Origin: Pseudomonadota bacterium
GTDB taxonomy: Bacteria; Desulfobacterota; Desulfobacteria; Desulfobacterales; JBDRRP01
Length of the DNA: 64,000 nucleotides
NCBI GenBank assembly: GCA_043825735.1
Contig: JBDRRP010000068.1
Location: 1 to 64,000, forward strand
Direction of reading: 5' to 3'
The position numbers and the translations under genes are program-made. Position 1 is the stretch's first letter; each line of letters starts with the position of its first letter. The notes under the pieces are model-generated. The model saw nothing but the letters and a program-made list of their open reading frames with translations, had not been told where the DNA came from and did no database searches. Positions 28,152-40,024 of the stretch are shown piece by piece.

Positions 28152-29534
28152 ATGAATCGCCACAAAATCCGTACCCTGCTCACCACCGATGCACCAATGG
28201 CCCAGGTCACGGTCATGGGGTGGGTGAGAACAAAACGCGACGCCAAGGGTTTTTCCTTCATCGAGATCAACGACGGCTCCTCGCTCGCCAATATGCAGGT
28301 CCTCGCCGAAAACAGCCTTTCCAACTACGATGACATCCGCAAACTCACCACGGGCTCGGCAGTGGCCGTCACCGGAGCACTTTCGCCCTCTCAGGGCAAG
28401 GGTCAAAAATGGGAGATCTTGGCAAGCCGTATCGACACCCTGCATCTGACTCCGGAAACCTATCCCCTCCAGAAAAAGCGGCACACCGACGAGTACCTGC
28501 GCACCATCGCCCACTTAAGACCCCGCTCCAACAAATACGGCGCCGCCTTTCGCATCCGCAGCGAACTCTCATGGGCCATTCACCAATTTTTCAGGGAGCG
28601 CGGGTTTTTCTACATCCATACCCCCATCATTACCGGAAGCGATTGCGAGGGGGCGGGCGAGCTGTTCCGGATAACGACCCTGCCGCCGGACGCCGGACGC
28701 AGCGCCGATGGAAAGGCGGATTACTCGGCTGATTTTTTTGGCCAGGAGGCCAATTTGACGGTATCCGGGCAGTTGTCCGCAGAAATGCTCGCCCTGGCCT
28801 TGGGCGACGTTTACACCTTCGGGCCCACCTTTCGCGCCGAAAACTCGAATACCAGCCGTCATGTTGCTGAATTCTGGATGGTGGAACCGGAGATGGCCTT
28901 TTGCGACATCACCGGCAACATGGCTGTGGCCGAAGCCCTCATCAAGGGCCTGACCCGTCACATCCTGGACCATTGCGCCGAGGACATCGGGCTTTTTGCC
29001 CGGTTCGTGGATAAGGACCTGTCAGAGAACCTGGAAACCATCCTGACCACCGATTTCCTTCGACTGACCTACCGTGACGCCGTAGAGACGCTCCAGGCCT
29101 CCGGGCACACCTTCGAATACCCGGTGCATTACGGCAACGACCTTCAGTCCGAACATGAGCGATTTCTGACCGAAACGCACTTCAAGCAACCGATCATCGT
29201 CTACGACTACCCCAAAGCCATCAAACCGTTTTACATGCGGCTCAATGATGACGGTGAAACCGTGGCCGCCATGGATGTGCTGGTGCCGCGCATCGGGGAG
29301 ATCATCGGTGGCAGCCAGCGCGAAGAGCGACTGTCGGTGCTGGAATCCCGCATGGACAGTGCGGGCCTGGACCCCTCGCCGTACTGGTGGTATCTTGACA
29401 CCCGCCGTTACGGCAGCGTGCCCCACAGCGGCTTCGGCATGGGCTTTGAACGCATGCTCATGCTCCTGACCGGCATCACCAACATCCGCGACGTGATCCC
29501 GTTTCCCAGAACCCCGGGCGCCATTGAATTCTAG
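28152..29534 (+). CDS. asnS: Asparagine--tRNA ligase
   Basis: GWVRTKR, INDGS, YPLQKKRH, DCEGAGE, LTVSGQL, FRAENS, EIIGGSQRE, GFGMGFER. AAGGAG RBS. Confidence 0.96.
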   Translation: MNRHKIRTLLTTDAPMAQVTVMGWVRTKRDAKGFSFIEINDGSSLANMQVLAENSLSNYDDIRKLTTGSAVAVTGALSPSQGKGQKWEILASRIDTLHLTPETYPLQKKRHTDEYLRTIAHLRPRSNKYGAAFRIRSELSWAIHQFFRERGFFYIHTPIITGSDCEGAGELFRITTLPPDAGRSADGKADYSADFFGQEANLTVSGQLSAEMLALALGDVYTFGPTFRAENSNTSRHVAEFWMVEPEMAFCDITGNMAVAEALIKGLTRHILDHCAEDIGLFARFVDKDLSENLETILTTDFLRLTYRDAVETLQASGHTFEYPVHYGNDLQSEHERFLTETHFKQPIIVYDYPKAIKPFYMRLNDDGETVAAMDVLVPRIGEIIGGSQREERLSVLESRMDSAGLDPSPYWWYLDTRRYGSVPHSGFGMGFERMLMLLTGITNIRDVIPFPRTPGAIEF

Positions 29535-29569
29535 CGCCGGTTTTACACGGTCTATGACCGCTGGTTTTC

Positions 29570-29727
29570 AACCACGAAGAAAACCCAAAAACCGGTTGAT
29601 CTCAAAAATGACAGGGACACGGTTCACCATTGTCCCCGTACATGATCAACTTCAACAAAATATAAAACCGGGATTTCTCCCGGTTTTATATTTTAATCTT
29701 CGTGCCCTTCGTGAACTTCGTGGTTCA
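29570..29727. repeat. CACGAAG-type palindromic intergenic repeat enclosing a perfect 17-bp hairpin
   Basis: AACCACGAAG (29570) pairs with CTTCGTGCCCTTCGTGAACTTCGTGGTT (to 29725). Inner hairpin AAAATATAAAACCGGGA/TCCCGGTTTTATATTTT (29657-29694) could act as a terminator. Confidence 0.75.
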
Positions 29728-30519
29728 ACACTCCCTTAGGCATCTAAGTTTGGCCAGATCCTCGGCGTAGCCGTAAAGGTGCAGACCCTTGCTCTCAACA
29801 ATCATCTCACCGTCGGCCACACCGATCTCGGCAGCCATATATTCTTTGAGATTCTGAATGCCGGCCAGGTTGGCCGGCAGTCCGCCCCACAGGTCCCAGG
29901 ACCGGAAATAAATCACAAAATGAAGCGCGTCGTCCTGGATGCGGGTGTCGATGCTTCGCAGACACGGTGGATCGAGCAGCGTCAGATCCGTGGGGTGGGC
30001 CACCTGAAGCACCATCTGGTTGTTGCGCTCCCCGAACCGCTTGTAGGTCTGGATGACCCACTCGATCTGATTGAGATACACGACGCCGTCTTCAATAAAC
30101 ACGGCACGGCCGTCCACCTCCCGGTAATCGATGATCTCCGTGTTGCGGGTTTCCCACCAAGCCAGCTTACTGCCGTCCAACGGGGCACGGGCCAGCCGCT
30201 CTCCGTAAGTGTAGGATTCCCCGTCCTGCTTGGCACCAGTCATCAGGTATTCAATGTAGGATCGCTCATATCCCTTGCCGCCATAGATGTAGTCTGCCTC
30301 CACCGGATTGGGGATACCGCAGGCCGGTGGGATATCAGGAATCAACGGCAGGGTGCCGGGATGGCGGACGTGACCGATGAAGTAGTCGTATTCGAGTCGG
30401 GTCTGACCCGCATAGGATCCCCTGTCGATGGTAAACCGCCGCCCGACATCCAAAATATCGTGTACCGCCTGAAACCAGAGATCCGGAAGATCTCTGGCCT
30501 TGATGGCATGAATGTTCAT
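29725..30519 (-). CDS. thyA: Thymidylate synthase family protein (short, archaeal-like ThyA)
   Basis: YTYGERL, NQIEWVI, catalytic DPPCL, YFRSWD, PANL, HLY motifs. Confidence 0.78.
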   Translation of the reverse strand: MNIHAIKARDLPDLWFQAVHDILDVGRRFTIDRGSYAGQTRLEYDYFIGHVRHPGTLPLIPDIPPACGIPNPVEADYIYGGKGYERSYIEYLMTGAKQDGESYTYGERLARAPLDGSKLAWWETRNTEIIDYREVDGRAVFIEDGVVYLNQIEWVIQTYKRFGERNNQMVLQVAHPTDLTLLDPPCLRSIDTRIQDDALHFVIYFRSWDLWGGLPANLAGIQNLKEYMAAEIGVADGEMIVESKGLHLYGYAEDLAKLRCLREC

Positions 30520-30595
30520 CTTGGCTCCAACTAAACTTGGCTTTTCCCTGCGCAAGGGAGGGAAAGGATAATTGACAGATCGGTGTCGTTCGACA

Positions 30596-33180
<2,585 letters not shown>

Positions 33181-33183
<3 letters not shown>

Positions 33184-34296
33184 AATCCGCATGGGCATGA
33201 TCACGCAAACATATCCTGAGTCGGCATCGCCACGGATCATACAGGGTTTTTCTTCGTCGATGATGTGCAAGGTGACGCTGTCGTCATCGATAACACTGAC
33301 TGCGTCGATGAAATATCGAGGATTGAAGGCCATCTCCAGGGTGTTGCCCTTGTAGGGAATGGCCATGTCTTCTTTGGATTCGCCGATGTCCGGATTGGTG
33401 GAACTAACCACGATCTTACCATCGGAAAACTTGAAGATAACACCTTTGTAATTTTCCGACCCCAGAATGGACATGCGCTTCAACATCATCTGGAATGGGT
33501 GTTTGTCCAGGGTGATATCCTGACCGCCTGTCATGGATACCAGGTCGTGATATTTTGGAAACTCTCCTTCGAGAAGACGTATAATAATGATTTCCTTGTC
33601 TTTTTTCACGACAAAGTGGTTTTCCTTGAAACCGGCTGCCACAGAGCCTTCATTATCAAGTAATTTGTTGACCTCCTGGAGCCCTTTTTTGGGAATGATG
33701 GCCCCGCCATCAAGGCCCAGGGAGATGGCGGATTCCATGACACAGTCCACCTTTGACAGGCGACTGCCGTCTGTGGACACCATGCGTACCGCAGTGCCGC
33801 TGTCCCCGTCCACCTGCTCGAAATAAACACCGATGATGTGTGCCCGCTTGTCATCGGTGGGTCCGATAACAAGGGATTTTTCAATCATGCGCTTGAGTTG
33901 CAGGCTGTCCAATGTGAAAAAAGGAACATCCTCCATTGTGGGAATCTCGGGAAAATCTTCGGGATTCATCCCGACGATATGGTACTCAACTCTTCCGTTG
34001 CCGATCTCAAGCCAGTGATTGTCGACTTCGTTGATGAGGATGTCATCACTTGGAAAATCTCTGACGATCTCGAAAAATTTTCTGGCATTGATGGCCGCCG
34101 ATCCCTCTTTTTCAACGGCCGCGCCGTAGTGCCCCTCGAAACCGGTCTCCAGATCGGTGACCTGAAACACCACACCGCCAGCCTGGGCTGTCATCAAAAC
34201 GCACGAGGTAATGGCCAGGTTGCTCTTTCTCCCGGTAATTCCCTGAATTTTCGACAACACGTCAAGTATGTCATTTTTATGAACGGTGATTTTCAT
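33181..34296 (-). CDS. dnaN: DNA polymerase III beta sliding clamp
   Basis: TDLETG, STDGSRLS, IIPKKGL, RLLEGEFPKY, AFNPRYF, C-terminal VIMPMRI. Confidence 0.96.
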
Positions 34297-34432
34297 AATA
34301 CCCACCTTTTTGCTGTCGTTAAAACCAGAAGGCACAGCCCCACCGATCACCCACTATCGCTCCTGTCCAAAGGCGTTTTTTTCTGATGCATATTATGCCA
34401 TATTTGTTTAAAATTTCAATACTTACTTATTT

Positions 34433-34984
34433 TTATGACGTCGTTTCCATTGGCTTTTCGGCGCCAATCCAACGCTGCATCCGGGGAACGACCAGTTTGC
34501 CCCATTCCTCTGACAACCGGATATTTATAAACTGTCTGTAAAGGGTTCTCACTGCGGTGATGACGCCTTCGTAAAGGTATGTTTTTTCAAGCAATGCGCC
34601 TTCAACGTCTTCCCCGTTGGTGACGAGCCCGGTCTTGGGTGTCTTCAGCGAGGCCAAATGTAGACTCTCCCCCTTGATGGTGAATTGCCACTCGCTGTCT
34701 GCTTCTCGGTAGAAAAGGTTCATCTCCGATACCTGGGCCCCTTTGCGCAGTGCCAGTATGGCCTCTTCAAGACCCGCGTCATCTCCCTTAATGGTGATAG
34801 TTTCCAGAGCATCGGATCCCATACGGTTTTCGATCACGATGCGGTTTCCAACATCGAAAAAAACCGGTTTTTCCTGATGAGACGAAAGCGCTCCGGCATC
34901 CTGATCAATCATGAACCACAGCCAGGTGAGAAATTCGTATCCCAGAAAAGCGAATCGATTGTAACTTACACTGATATCCAACAT
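34433..34984 (-). CDS. Hypothetical protein, probable partner (C-terminal half-like) of the RdgC-family gene
   Basis: FLGYEFLTWLWF and EAILALRKG motifs; directly downstream of the RdgC-like gene. Confidence 0.65.
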   Translation of the reverse strand: MLDISVSYNRFAFLGYEFLTWLWFMIDQDAGALSSHQEKPVFFDVGNRIVIENRMGSDALETITIKGDDAGLEEAILALRKGAQVSEMNLFYREADSEWQFTIKGESLHLASLKTPKTGLVTNGEDVEGALLEKTYLYEGVITAVRTLYRQFINIRLSEEWGKLVVPRMQRWIGAEKPMETTS

Positions 34985-35105
34985 TTTCTGTGTTCCTGAA
35001 AACGCTACAAGTTTTGTTCAGAGTCTAATTCAAAAACATTTTTGCTGGCATACAGCGGACCACGGTCTCTGGCTGAAATAAATCGCCGACTTGCAGGGTC
35101 ATCAC

Positions 35106-35720
35106 TTATTCTACAAATCTTGTGGGTGCCAGGGTAGTCAGCAAGTCCTTCTGGTGATCGTTCAACCCGCCCCCCCATTCGGCCAAGGTATAGGGAAAAA
35201 GGCGGATCAGGTTGAGATCGAAGGATTTGATAAAAAGGGTTTCCAGCGCCTCGTTGGCGGCCTTGAGGGTGGAAAAAAAAGTCAACTCTCCCTTTTCGTA
35301 GTGCCACATAACATCATAGATATTTGGATTTGCGGGTATTTTAATCAGAAGATGATTGATCACCTGATCGCGTATGTCCTGTTTTTCATTTCTTGATAGA
35401 AACTCCCGCTCCTTGACCTTCAGCTGTCGAGCCACCGCCACATGAATCGCCTTTTTAAGAATTTTGGCTGGGATGGTCTTTTTATCCAGCCGCAGAGAAA
35501 AAAAGATGTATTCCCCGATAACAAACGGTGACAGAGAAAAATCCGGATCGTATGGATGATCAATGGGAGTCCATCCTACTGCTTTTTCGAGTGTTTCTCC
35601 GTCGATATCCTGGATGCTATGGTGCTGGAGACCTTCCAACAGGCGCTCGATCAAGGGCTCGGTCAGCTTTCCTTTGACGAGATATTGCGTTATTGAAACA
35701 GAGTTTGCGAGAAGACCCAT
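35106..35720 (-). CDS. rdgC: Recombination-associated protein RdgC-family (short, N-terminal-like)
   Basis: MGLL..S.S, GW, SLRLDKKTIPAKILK, SRNEKQDIRDQV..LL...P pattern recalls RdgC. Only 204 aa. Confidence 0.6.
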   Translation of the reverse strand: MGLLANSVSITQYLVKGKLTEPLIERLLEGLQHHSIQDIDGETLEKAVGWTPIDHPYDPDFSLSPFVIGEYIFFSLRLDKKTIPAKILKKAIHVAVARQLKVKEREFLSRNEKQDIRDQVINHLLIKIPANPNIYDVMWHYEKGELTFFSTLKAANEALETLFIKSFDLNLIRLFPYTLAEWGGGLNDHQKDLLTTLAPTRFVE

Positions 35721-36129
35721 TTTTCCCTATATAAACAACATCTTGTGGTTTGAGTATTAAAAGTCTACATATATAGCGCGATTCGTCTATAGTTACAATG
35801 TTTATGTTCCTCTCGGATCAATGGTGCGCGCTACTGATGGCATGACTCGGCGCTCGGCTCGTTTTCTATAAACAGTCTTAGTCTTCTTGTTTTTTATAAA
35901 GCTATTTAAAGAATATAATAATAAGGGGTGTTAATAATGCGAACAACTCAATAACAATATGAATTCATATTAAATATTTGTGTGTTTGACCGTCTATAGC
36001 GTTGATGAAGGACTTCTTACAAAGCCTTTGTTTTAGGCTGGATCGAAAGCCTTGTTAATAACCGGCAGGTTTTCAACAAAGTCTTAGAAGGTTTTAATCA
36101 TTGCCCGTCTTTCTTAAAAACGTCTTTTT
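35721..36129. other. oriC: Candidate replication origin (oriC)
   Basis: AT-rich 400 bp between divergent genes. TAATAATAA (35916-24), GGGG, then tandem DnaA-box-like TGTTAATAA (35929-37) and TGCGAACAA (35938-46). Inverted pair TGTTAATAA (36053-61) / TTTTCAACA (36070-78). Near dnaN-gyrB and parS. Confidence 0.6.
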
Positions 36130-39100
36130 ATGACCATGACCTTTAACGCCGATCTTCATGTGCATTCGCGATACTCCAGGGCCACTTCCAGAGATATGGA
36201 CCTGGAGCGGCTTTATATTGCCGCCCAGATCAAGGGAATCAGTCTGGTGGGTACCGGGGATTTTACACATCCCCAGTGGTGTGAGGAACTGCAGAAAAAA
36301 CTGGTGATGGATGAAAATGGCCTGCTGCGCCTGAGGCCGGACATCGCCGCTGCGTGCGATCGTAATGTACCCGGGCCATGCCGACATCCGGTAAGGTTCG
36401 CCCTTCAGGCGGAAATCAGCAATATCTATAAGAAAAACGGAAAAACGAGGAAAAACCACAATCTGGTTTACCTACCCGATTTCGATTCGGTCGAACGGTT
36501 CAACCGCACCTTGGAGCGCCTCGGAAATATCCATTCCGACGGCAGACCCATTCTGGGGTTGGACGCCCGCAATCTTTTGGAACTCGTCATTGAAACATCC
36601 GAGCGGGGCATGCTCATACCTGCCCATGTCTGGACACCGTGGTTTTCCCTGCTGGGGTCCAAATCAGGATTCGATACGATCAGGGATTGTTTCGACGATC
36701 TTTCCGATTACATCGTGGCCATCGAAACCGGACTGAGTTCGGATCCGCCCATGAACTGGCGCGTATCGGATCTCGACGGTTTGACATTGGTTTCCAATTC
36801 AGACGCTCATTCACCAGGTAAAATTGGTAGGGAAGCGACTGTTTTCAATTGCGATTTAAGTTATGATCGTGTTTTCGACGCCATTCGCAGCGGTGATCCG
36901 GAGCGATTTGTCGGCACCCTGGAATTTTATCCGGAAGAAGGTAAATACCATTTGGACGGGCACCGGAAATGTCGGGTCCGAATGACGCCCCAGGAGTCCA
37001 TTTCGCGCGGTAACATGTGCCCGGTCTGCGGCAAGGAACTCACCTTGGGGGTGTTGCACCGGGTGATGGCCCTTTCCAACAGAGCGCCGGGAGGGCGGCC
37101 CGAAAAGACCCATTCATTCAAAAACATGGTTTCCCTCCCCCATATTCTCGGCGAGATTTTCACGGTGGGCAGCGAGACCCGAACGGTGCAAAGACATTAC
37201 CATAACATTGTCTCGAAACTGGGAAGCGAGTTGAGCGTTTTGTTGGAACTTCCCGAAGATATCGTTGGCAATGTGGGTGTTCCCTTGCTGGGTGAGGCCG
37301 TTTCCCGAGTCAGGCAGGGAAGCGTGCACATCGCAGGAGGATACGATGGCGTTTTCGGAACCATTTCCATATTTACCGATGATGAAAGGGCCCAACTTAC
37401 TGGTCAGCGGCGCTTGTTTCCAGTGACGGCCATCGAAACCAGTATCCCCCCGGGCGTTAATTCTGCTGCGTCTCCGGATATCCAAACGACGCTGCCGGTG
37501 AGCAAAGATGCTGTTATCGCCAAAGCGGCATCCCCCAAAGTCAACGATGCTCAGCAGGCAGCCATTGAACACGGTGCCGGTCCCCTGGTCATCGTTGCCG
37601 GCCCGGGTACCGGAAAAACCCTGACCTTGACGCACCGGGTTGCCCACCTGGTCAATCAATCAGGGGTTTCGCCCGAGCGGATCCTGGCGGTCACCTTCAC
37701 CCACAAAGCCGCAGAGGAAATGAAACGACGCCTCGAAATCCTGCTGCCGGTGTCTGATCGGGTGAAACGGCCCATCGTATCGACTTTTCACGCCTTCTGT
37801 CATTTCATCCTTCAAGAAGACGCTATCAAGCCCTTTTCCATTATTGCCGAGGAGGATCGCGTTTCCCTGGTGAGTGCCGCCTTGTCCTTGTCTGCCGCTG
37901 ATGCCCCGGAAAAACACTCCGCGGCACAGATCTTGAGTCTCATTATTCAGGCAAAACAGCGGCATCTGGATTCCGGTGATGATCTTTCCGACATGATCAC
38001 CCCGTCCATGCGGGGACCATTCACCCAAATCTACGCCCGGTACCAGGAATTGCTCGAACTGCAGCGGTTGGTGGATTTTGAGGATTTGATCCGGCTGATG
38101 GTGGTGCGGCTGGAAACGGATTCGGCTTTTCGGCAGCGGATGCGCGCGCGTTTTACCCACGTGCTGGTCGATGAATACCAGGATATCAATCATGGGCAAT
38201 ATCGTCTGGTCCGGGCACTGTGTCCACCCCGTAGCACCATCTGTGTCATCGGCGACCCGGATCAGTCCATTTACGGGTTCCGGGGAGCCAGTCACACCTA
38301 TTTTAACCGATTTACAGATGATTATCCGGACGCCGCGGTAGTGAGACTCACCCAAAACTATCGCAGCACGGCGTCCATTCTCCAGTCGGCCTACCAGGTG
38401 GTGGAAAAGCAGCGCACCGATGGCAACCGAGTTCCGGTGCTGGTCACCCGCCCGGGCGAGCGTCCTGTGATCGTGGTGGAAACCGAATCGGATCGATCCG
38501 AAGCGGTGGCCATCGGCAAAACCATCGAGCAACTTGTGGGGGGCACCGGATTTCAGGCCGTTGATTTCGGAGTCCTGGACGACGGCGGATCGCAGGAATC
38601 ACTGGGGTTTTCGGATATCGCCGTACTGATGCGCACCCATCACCAGGCCATGGTCATTGAGGAGATCCTCGAAGGTGCCGGAATTCCCTGCCGGCGGGCC
38701 AGCCGGAGCCGCCTCATGGACAATCGGGTCATGACCCAGGTCATCTCGCTGCTGCGCCTGGTGGCCGGCCGCGGGGGGGTGGCGGATCTGGAGCGCGTGA
38801 TGTCGGTGATCGAACCTGGCATCAGCCCGTCAACCCTGCGTGCGGTGAGCGCGTGGTGCTTTCAGAACGCCCTGCCGGTGAGCGCCCTTCGATACAGCGT
38901 GCGCCAGTACCCTGTGGATGGTCTCACCCCGAAGCGCCAGCAGCGGCTATATGATTTTCTAGGGGTTCCCAGTCGCATGCAACAGGAAACGACCGGCCAT
39001 TCGGTGGTGGACACGATCGCTCACATTGTCGCAAATTCGAGGTTGAAAAGGGCCATCCGCGACAACCCGGCATCGGCATCGGTTTTTGAAGACCTCCTGC

Positions 39101-39525
39101 AGACGGCCGCCGAGCACGGGACCGACATCGACGCCTTCATCGCGGCAGTCATGCTCCATTCGGACACGGACCAGTACTCCAGCAAGGCCGAGAAGGTCTC
39201 GCTGATGACCATTCACGCGGCCAAAGGCCTTGAATTTCCGGTGGTTTTCATTGCCGGATGCGACGATGGCATCCTGCCGTTTAACCCGTCAGGCGGCGAT
39301 GGTCTGGATATGGACGAGGAGCGGCGGTTGTTTTTTGTGGCGGCAACCCGAGCCAGAGATCAACTCTATCTGTGCAGTGCCCGGCAGCGGCAGCGCCACG
39401 GCAAGCGCGTTGACTGCGCCCCATCACCGTTTCTCGGCGATATCGAAAACCGGTTGAAGTCGGTGGTCCAGTGGCATAAAGCGCCTTCGCCGGATCCGGT
39501 TCCGCGCCAGCTGAGTCTTTTTTGA
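36130..39525 (+). CDS. Fusion of a PHP-family EndoQ/YqxK-like nuclease and a UvrD/PcrA SF1 helicase
   Basis: N-terminal DLHVHSRYS, GTGDFTHP, PAHVWTPW, SNSDAHS, HRKC..CPVCG. C-terminal AGPGTGKT, LVDEYQD, GDPDQSIYGFRGA, NYRS, TIHAAKGLEF, EERRLFFVAATRA. Confidence 0.88.
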   Translation: MTMTFNADLHVHSRYSRATSRDMDLERLYIAAQIKGISLVGTGDFTHPQWCEELQKKLVMDENGLLRLRPDIAAACDRNVPGPCRHPVRFALQAEISNIYKKNGKTRKNHNLVYLPDFDSVERFNRTLERLGNIHSDGRPILGLDARNLLELVIETSERGMLIPAHVWTPWFSLLGSKSGFDTIRDCFDDLSDYIVAIETGLSSDPPMNWRVSDLDGLTLVSNSDAHSPGKIGREATVFNCDLSYDRVFDAIRSGDPERFVGTLEFYPEEGKYHLDGHRKCRVRMTPQESISRGNMCPVCGKELTLGVLHRVMALSNRAPGGRPEKTHSFKNMVSLPHILGEIFTVGSETRTVQRHYHNIVSKLGSELSVLLELPEDIVGNVGVPLLGEAVSRVRQGSVHIAGGYDGVFGTISIFTDDERAQLTGQRRLFPVTAIETSIPPGVNSAASPDIQTTLPVSKDAVIAKAASPKVNDAQQAAIEHGAGPLVIVAGPGTGKTLTLTHRVAHLVNQSGVSPERILAVTFTHKAAEEMKRRLEILLPVSDRVKRPIVSTFHAFCHFILQEDAIKPFSIIAEEDRVSLVSAALSLSAADAPEKHSAAQILSLIIQAKQRHLDSGDDLSDMITPSMRGPFTQIYARYQELLELQRLVDFEDLIRLMVVRLETDSAFRQRMRARFTHVLVDEYQDINHGQYRLVRALCPPRSTICVIGDPDQSIYGFRGASHTYFNRFTDDYPDAAVVRLTQNYRSTASILQSAYQVVEKQRTDGNRVPVLVTRPGERPVIVVETESDRSEAVAIGKTIEQLVGGTGFQAVDFGVLDDGGSQESLGFSDIAVLMRTHHQAMVIEEILEGAGIPCRRASRSRLMDNRVMTQVISLLRLVAGRGGVADLERVMSVIEPGISPSTLRAVSAWCFQNALPVSALRYSVRQYPVDGLTPKRQQRLYDFLGVPSRMQQETTGHSVVDTIAHIVANSRLKRAIRDNPASASVFEDLLQTAAEHGTDIDAFIAAVMLHSDTDQYSSKAEKVSLMTIHAAKGLEFPVVFIAGCDDGILPFNPSGGDGLDMDEERRLFFVAATRARDQLYLCSARQRQRHGKRVDCAPSPFLGDIENRLKSVVQWHKAPSPDPVPRQLSLF

Positions 39526-39569
39526 TATGTTCATTAACAACAAATTTATATAGCGTTAATGGGAGTTAA

Positions 39570-39965
39570 ATGATGGATATGAATCTTATCTCAGACCATG
39601 AATTGGAAAACGGGCTGCTGCTGAACGTCGGTGACGAATCCATCCAGATCGCCGCTGATCGGTGGCGTGTTCGCATTCGTTTTACCGCAACGGTGCCGGT
39701 GGCCGATCACTACGGATCGATTCCAACCGGGACAATCCCGCCATTGTCAGAAGTGCTGGCGGTTCTGGGACCCAGCGCCCTATACGAAAAGGTCAAGGAT
39801 AGAAACTTTATTTCAGCCAATGACAAGGAAACGGTCATCAGCGACATCGTGGACACGTTCATGAAAGATGCCGCCCCCTATCTGGGGCGCGCCACGTTTC
39901 CCGGCAAGTTCATCCTCAAGGCCTTTCGGGATCGCAAAGGGCCTCCCCCGGCACCATCAGCCTGA
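39570..39965 (+). CDS. Hypothetical protein
   Basis: 131-aa ORF with GGGAG RBS filling the gap between UvrD and the ADH gene. Confidence 0.7.
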   Translation: MMDMNLISDHELENGLLLNVGDESIQIAADRWRVRIRFTATVPVADHYGSIPTGTIPPLSEVLAVLGPSALYEKVKDRNFISANDKETVISDIVDTFMKDAAPYLGRATFPGKFILKAFRDRKGPPPAPSA

Positions 39966-40024
39966 CCTGGAAAGCCCGCTGCGATGACAGCACCCCACGA
40001 AATCGAAACCGGTTCTTGTGAGTA

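Noticed and set aside
29570..29727. CRISPR array (periodic CTTCGTG units)
   Set aside because: 9-nt periodicity without unique spacers, and no cas genes in the window.
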